This document shows, in pieces, positions 58,881 through 64,000 of a DNA stretch of 64,000 nucleotides. The position numbers were made by a program, and so were the translations under genes. Positions within the stretch are counted from its first letter, which is position 1. Each line of letters starts with the position of its first letter. The stretch lies in assembly GCA_030637655.1 (NCBI GenBank), contig DAOWGI010000027.1:40329-104328 (forward strand), written 5' to 3'. Below the pieces are notes generated by a model. It saw nothing but the letters and a program-made list of their open reading frames with translations, did not search any database and had not been told where the DNA came from. Origin of the DNA: a candidate division FCPU426 bacterium (lineage in GTDB: Bacteria; Oederibacteriota; JAAXVQ01; JAUVAV01).

Positions 58881-60524
58881 TTATTTCCTGCTTTTATAAA
58901 AATTGATTAATCCATTGGTTGAAGAATCATGGGTTGTAATGGTCGCGTCGCTCTCCAATTCAGGAATAATGGCCTTTGCCAGTACCTTACCCAGCTCTAC
59001 TCCCATTTGGTCATATGAATTGATCCGCCAAATAATTCCCTGCGTAAATATCTTGTTTTCATACAATGCGATTAAAGCGCCCAACGTCTCTGGTTTCAAT
59101 TCCTTAAAAAACAACACATTGGAAGGAATATTTCCCAAAAAGGTTTTGGCCCGAACTAACGTTTCCGATTTTTCACCCTCAATACCTTGGGCTTCCAATT
59201 CCTCGCGCGCTTGCTCTTCGGTCTTGCCTTGCATCAAAGCTTCCGGCTGGGCAATGAAATTTGCCAGCAAATAGGTGTGGTGTTTTCCCAGCGGATTATG
59301 CGATTTTATTGGAGCTAAAAAATCACAGGGAATGAGCTTGGTGCCCTGATGAATCAGCTGATAAAAGGCATGCTGTCCGTTAGTTCCGGGTTCTCCCCAG
59401 ATGATCGGGCCGGTGGAATAATCCACCCATTCTCCTGCTTTGTTCACACGCTTGCCATTGCTCTCCATATCGGCCTGCTGGAAATAGGCGGGAAAACGGG
59501 CCAGGTACTGGTCGTAGGGTAAAATCGCATGGCTTTCCGCCTGGAAAAAATTATTGTACCAAATACCCAGCAGCGCCATGAGCACCGGGATGTTTTCCTT
59601 GAATTCCGCAGTGCGAAAATGTTCATCCACCTGATGCGCGCCTGTTAGCATTGCTTCAAAATTGTCCATCCCAATGGCCAGGGCAATGGACAACCCAATG
59701 GCTGACCACAAGGAATAACGTCCTCCGACCCAGTCCCAGAATTCAAACATATTTACCGTATCTATCCCGAATTTGGCAACTTCTTTGGCATTAGTGGACA
59801 TGGCTACAAAATGCCTGGCCACTCTTTTTTCATCTTTGGCTGTCTGTAAAAACCAATCTCTGGCACTATGCGCATTGGCCATGGTCTCCAGGGTGGTAAA
59901 GGTCTTGGAGGCAATTAAAAAGAGCGTGGTCTCCGGATTAACACGCTTCAAGACCTCGGCAATATGCGTCCCATCCACATTGGATATAAAATGAAAATTC
60001 AAATCCGGCTGCACGTACGGGGTCAGGGCAGAAACCACCATCTGCGGCCCTAAGTCAGAGCCGCCGATGCCAAGATTAACCACATCTGTAATTCTTTTCC
60101 CCGTATATCCTTGCCATTCTCCTGAGCGCACTTTTTCAGTAAACACGCGCATTTTTGCCAATACTGCGTTTACTTTTGGCATGACATCCTGTCCATCCAT
60201 CTGAATGGGCCGGTTGGAACGATTGCGCAGCGCGATATGCAAAACCGCCCGGTTTTCGGTGGTGTTAATCTTTTGACCTGAAAACATGGCATTTATTTTT
60301 TCTTTCACTCCTGTCTGTTCGGCTAATTGTATGAGCAGCAAAAGCGTTTCATCCGTAATCCGGTTTTTGGAATAATCAAAAAGAATGTCCTGAAAACACA
60401 GTGAGTATTTTCGGAACCGCTCCGGATCCGCGGCAAAGAGATCCCGCATATGCGTATCCTTGCTGGACTGATAATGTTTAGATAGGGCTTGCCAGGCCGG
60501 GGAAGTTGTAAGTTGGGACATCAA
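58881..60524 (-). CDS. pgi: Glucose-6-phosphate isomerase
   Basis: 547 aa. Strong overall PGI similarity, including the conserved active-site region. Confidence 0.85.
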   Translation of the reverse strand: MMSQLTTSPAWQALSKHYQSSKDTHMRDLFAADPERFRKYSLCFQDILFDYSKNRITDETLLLLIQLAEQTGVKEKINAMFSGQKINTTENRAVLHIALRNRSNRPIQMDGQDVMPKVNAVLAKMRVFTEKVRSGEWQGYTGKRITDVVNLGIGGSDLGPQMVVSALTPYVQPDLNFHFISNVDGTHIAEVLKRVNPETTLFLIASKTFTTLETMANAHSARDWFLQTAKDEKRVARHFVAMSTNAKEVAKFGIDTVNMFEFWDWVGGRYSLWSAIGLSIALAIGMDNFEAMLTGAHQVDEHFRTAEFKENIPVLMALLGIWYNNFFQAESHAILPYDQYLARFPAYFQQADMESNGKRVNKAGEWVDYSTGPIIWGEPGTNGQHAFYQLIHQGTKLIPCDFLAPIKSHNPLGKHHTYLLANFIAQPEALMQGKTEEQAREELEAQGIEGEKSETLVRAKTFLGNIPSNVLFFKELKPETLGALIALYENKIFTQGIIWRINSYDQMGVELGKVLAKAIIPELESDATITTHDSSTNGLINFYKSRK

Positions 60525-60526
60525 GA

Positions 60527-63500
60527 TTATTTTCCTTTCTTTTTTGCTGGTTGCTGCTGCGAAAAGGTTGTTTTATGAATGAAAACTTGCTCGTGCTTCG
60601 TTTTTTTAGAGAATATTATCTCCTCTGCACTCTCTTTACTAAACCAGCGTTTGCAGTGTATCCTGGCATTCATGGACATAACCAGAAAGCTGGGAATAAT
60701 AAACAATGTAACGCCTGTGGCAAAAACCAGCCCCCAGGAAAAGACCATGGCCATGGGACGAATAAAGGGCTCTTCCCCGCCAAACCAACCATAGGCCAAA
60801 GGAAACAAGCCGACTGCAGTGGTGACTGTGGTTAACATGACCGGACGCAGACGGGTTTTAGCGCCCTCCAACACAGCTTCTTCCACTGCTTTCCCTTCTT
60901 TAATAAGCTTTTTAATAAAGTTAACCAAAATCAGGGAATCATTGACCACCACGCCGGATAAGCCTACAAACCCCATAAAAGCCATAAAAGAAATCGGCAT
61001 CCCGTGAATAAGCAGGGTCAGCATGACTCCAATAAAACCAAAGGGTATGGCCAGCATAATAATGAGCGGCTGAGCAATTGAATTGAACAGGGTCGCCAGG
61101 ATAATAAAGATCAAGAAGACGGCCAGAATAAAGGCTTTGCCCAGATCCATAAATCCTTCCATCATTTCCTGGTGTTCGCCGCCCACTTCAAACTCAATGT
61201 CCGAAAATTTTTCCCGGAACGATTCCAATACTTTGAGCACTTTCCGGTTCACGGCATTGACCTTGGTCTTTTGTTGGTCAATGGACCCAATTACAGAAAT
61301 CGAGCGGTTTCCGTCCTGGTGGATCAAGGTTGCAAAAGAAGCGCCTTTTTCCACCTCAACAATCTCTCTGAGCAAAATACGGTTCCCAAATTTGTTGGGC
61401 ACACGCAGCTCCAGTAAATCATCAACGGTTTTAATGGATTGCTCGTTTACGCGTATCATTACATCAATATTCTCTCCGAGCTTTTTAATGGTTTTCAATT
61501 TAATCCCAGCCACTGCCGCGCGCAAAAGACTTCCGGCCTGAGTGAGACTGACTCCTGCCAAACTGGCTTTGGCTTCATCAATTTTAAAACGAATCTCGGT
61601 TTTTCCTTCCTCAAAATCCGTCTTAATTTCTTTGACCGGTTGAAACATTTTCGTCTTCGCTTTATTCTGTTCCTTGTTTGGAACCGGAACCTCAATGGCT
61701 TTGATGACTGCCAGTACTTCTTGAGAAACATTGTCTAAGGTTTCGTAATCCTTCCCAATCACTTTCACATCAATAGCCGCCCCGGCCGGTGGACCGCCTT
61801 TCATGGCCTCAATATCTAATTCGCGTATACCCTCCGGCATACCGATCCACTCGCGCAGCTGATTGACAATCTTGTTCGCGTCCTTAATCCCGCGCTTATC
61901 CTCAATGTGCAACAAAACCATGATCTGAGCAATGTTGGGCGCGAACCTGGGCGGACCATGACGGTCATCGGCCATACCCACATAGCTGTTCACCACATCC
62001 AGGTCTTGGTCCGAGAGACGCATCACTTGTTTTTCAATATTCATCACAGCACGTTCGGTATCGTCAACGGAATAGTCTTTGTCTGTTTTTAGGATAATGT
62101 TAATTTGCTGCATCTGCGCGTCCGTAAACACAATCCCGTTCTTCAGCTCAAAGAACGTAGCCACTACCAGCAAAATCAGAATCATCAAGGCAAACAACAG
62201 CCGCCGGTGCAACACCCAATTTAAAACCTTGCCATAAAACTCCCGCAATATATCAAACCAATGTTCCTGGCGTGATTCCATACGTAAATCTTTCTTGGGT
62301 TTCACAAAATCCGCCAAATGCGAGGGCAGAATAATGAAGCACTCCAACAAGGAGGCGGCTAAGGCAATAATGATCACTTTGGGAATAGCCGAAAGAAATT
62401 CGCCCATCATGCCGCCCACCAGAAGCAAGGGCGAGAAAGCGGCAATAGTTGTGGAGACTGAGGCAATGACCGGCATAAACATTTCCTGAGCTCCCGCCAC
62501 TGCTGCTTCCAGGGGCGGTTTCCCTTCCTCAATATGGCGGTACACATTTTCCCCAACCACAATCGCGTCATCCACCACCATACCCAGGACCATGATGTAT
62601 CCCAAAATGGACATCATGTTTAACCCCATACCCATGCTATGGGCCACGTAAAAAGCGCCGGCAAAAGCAACCGGCATGCCCAGGGCAGTCCAAAAAGCTA
62701 CAGATGGCCGCAGCAACAGCAGCAACATAACCATCACTAGGACCGCTCCAAATAGGCCGTTGGAATAGAGTACTGTCAACCGGTTTTTCAAGTAGATGGA
62801 CATATCATTGGAAAAGGTAATTTCCACACCTTCCGGCAATTCGTCCTTTATCTCCTTTACCAGTTTGCGCAGGTTCCGCACCATTTTGATGGTGTCATAA
62901 TTTTTCTGTTTTTTGATTTCCAATAAAATGGCGCGTTTGCCTTGCGCGCGCATATAAAAATCCTCGTCCTTGTAGCCGTCCGTAACAATTGCCACATTAC
63001 GAACACGGACATGATTGCCCATCTCATTGGACCGGATAATCACATTGCGTACATCTTGGGCATTATCCATGGGCAAGGACATGCGAATCGCGTTTTCACT
63101 TTTGCCAAACACTTTATTTCCGGCAGGCATGGATATGTCACGATCTTTCAGCACATTAATAAAATTGAACAGCGTCAGTCCATATTCCGAGAGTTTACGA
63201 CGGTCCGCGTCCACCCAAATCGCCCGGTCATAGTAGCCGTTTTTAGTAACCTCTCCCACACCCTTTAGGTTTTCAAACTTGTCTTCCAAGTGTTTTGCCG
63301 CCGTGCGGAGTTCTGAATAATTTTTGCCGCCGGACACGGAAACATTTATCAGAGGAAACATATCGGTCGAGATCTCTATTATTTCCGGATCTTCCACCTC
63401 ATCCGGAAAATCCTGAATTTTGTCGATCTCATCTTTTACCTCATCCAGTACGGCTTTGACATCTTTAACACTGGGCAGCAACTCAATGCCGATCATGGAA

Positions 63501-63763
63501 AGTCCCTCACTGGACCAGGAGGTCATACGTTTCACACCCTCCACATCTTCTAAAGCATTTTCAATGGGTATGGTAATTAATTTCTCAATTTCACCGGCCC
63601 CGGCTTGCGGATAGACTACCCAGGCGGCAATGTAGCCAAACCTGATCTGGGGAAAGACTTCTTTGGCTGAGGTTAAAAAAGTATATCCGCCCACAATTAA
63701 TATGAAGACTACCATCAAATTGACAAAAACACTCTTTTGCGCGAAATAACGTATAAATCCCAT
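60527..63763 (-). CDS. RND-family efflux transporter permease (AcrB/HAE1-like)
   Basis: 1078 aa. 12 TM segments with two large periplasmic loops. Typical AcrB-family N-terminal TM1. Confidence 0.8.
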   Translation of the reverse strand: MGFIRYFAQKSVFVNLMVVFILIVGGYTFLTSAKEVFPQIRFGYIAAWVVYPQAGAGEIEKLITIPIENALEDVEGVKRMTSWSSEGLSMIGIELLPSVKDVKAVLDEVKDEIDKIQDFPDEVEDPEIIEISTDMFPLINVSVSGGKNYSELRTAAKHLEDKFENLKGVGEVTKNGYYDRAIWVDADRRKLSEYGLTLFNFINVLKDRDISMPAGNKVFGKSENAIRMSLPMDNAQDVRNVIIRSNEMGNHVRVRNVAIVTDGYKDEDFYMRAQGKRAILLEIKKQKNYDTIKMVRNLRKLVKEIKDELPEGVEITFSNDMSIYLKNRLTVLYSNGLFGAVLVMVMLLLLLRPSVAFWTALGMPVAFAGAFYVAHSMGMGLNMMSILGYIMVLGMVVDDAIVVGENVYRHIEEGKPPLEAAVAGAQEMFMPVIASVSTTIAAFSPLLLVGGMMGEFLSAIPKVIIIALAASLLECFIILPSHLADFVKPKKDLRMESRQEHWFDILREFYGKVLNWVLHRRLLFALMILILLVVATFFELKNGIVFTDAQMQQINIILKTDKDYSVDDTERAVMNIEKQVMRLSDQDLDVVNSYVGMADDRHGPPRFAPNIAQIMVLLHIEDKRGIKDANKIVNQLREWIGMPEGIRELDIEAMKGGPPAGAAIDVKVIGKDYETLDNVSQEVLAVIKAIEVPVPNKEQNKAKTKMFQPVKEIKTDFEEGKTEIRFKIDEAKASLAGVSLTQAGSLLRAAVAGIKLKTIKKLGENIDVMIRVNEQSIKTVDDLLELRVPNKFGNRILLREIVEVEKGASFATLIHQDGNRSISVIGSIDQQKTKVNAVNRKVLKVLESFREKFSDIEFEVGGEHQEMMEGFMDLGKAFILAVFLIFIILATLFNSIAQPLIIMLAIPFGFIGVMLTLLIHGMPISFMAFMGFVGLSGVVVNDSLILVNFIKKLIKEGKAVEEAVLEGAKTRLRPVMLTTVTTAVGLFPLAYGWFGGEEPFIRPMAMVFSWGLVFATGVTLFIIPSFLVMSMNARIHCKRWFSKESAEEIIFSKKTKHEQVFIHKTTFSQQQPAKKKGK

Positions 63764-63767
63764 GGCG

Positions 63768-64000
63768 TTACTCCTTTATAAAAGCTTGGCTGTAGTTGTT
63801 GTATTTACCGGTTAATTTTCTCCAGGTATTTAGGGCCTTGATAAATTCGAAATACGAGCTGATCTCAGAAAATTGCGCGCGGTGAAAATCACTTTGTGCC
63901 ATAAGCAGCTCACGGGTAGTGATACGACCTTGGGAAAAATGACGGTTCTGAATAGTCAGGGTTTTTTCATACAGTTCCCGGGCCTCCACTTTGAGCTGAT
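63768..64000 (-). CDS. Partial (C-terminal part only) TolC-like outer membrane efflux protein, truncated by the window edge
   Basis: C-terminal alpha-helical repeat pattern typical of outer-membrane factor proteins. Immediately upstream of the RND gene. Confidence 0.4.
   Translation of the reverse strand, partial: QLKVEARELYEKTLTIQNRHFSQGRITTRELLMAQSDFHRAQFSEISSYFEFIKALNTWRKLTGKYNNYSQAFIKE

Overview
Single bacterial locus, about 45% GC, with nearly all genes on the minus strand. No rRNA, CRISPR array or transposase gene was found. Gene content is consistent with an uncultivated FCB-group-like anaerobe: there is a T9SS-type C-terminal sorting domain protein, a Bat aerotolerance operon and a Re-citrate-synthase-type TCA cluster. 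Genes in order: (1) a complete pyrimidine operon, pyrR-pyrB-pyrC-pyrK-pyrD-[PAP2 phosphatase]-[polysaccharide deacetylase]-pyrF-pyrE, with a PyrR-type attenuator upstream of pyrR and a 214-bp hairpin repeat inserted twice between cistrons; (2) a cyclophilin, a T9SS-CTD protein and a secreted beta-helix protein; (3) a TCA cluster of Re-citrate synthase candidate, icd, mdh, class I fumarase alpha and beta, and aconitase; (4) a Bat/MoxR aerotolerance operon (moxR, DUF58, membrane protein, batA, batB, batD, batE-like) with MITE-like repeats between its genes; (5) two paralogous NlpC/P60 peptidases; (6) an atypical NtrC-family regulator with a Glu at the phospho-acceptor position and degenerate GAFTGA and Walker B motifs; (7) a 1.45-kb gene-poor AT-rich region; (8) trkA and trkH, a YdjM-like membrane protein and an NSS transporter; (9) a defense island of YgjP-like metallohydrolase, hsdR, a Bro-N (DinD-like) gene, hsdS, a long hsdM, and a DUF4062(TIR-like)-Schlafen/AlbA_2-HATPase_c_4-wHTH fusion carrying a 15-bp in-frame tandem repeat; (10) YjbQ, a TPR protein, an SDR, initiator tRNA-fMet, gpmA, a UPF0371 protein, pgi and an RND pump with a partial TolC-like gene. 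The most unusual features are the DUF4062-COG2865 candidate defense gene next to the type I RM system, and at least five mosaic MITE-like repeat families with GTAAC termini that repeatedly supply the TAA stop codon of the adjacent gene.
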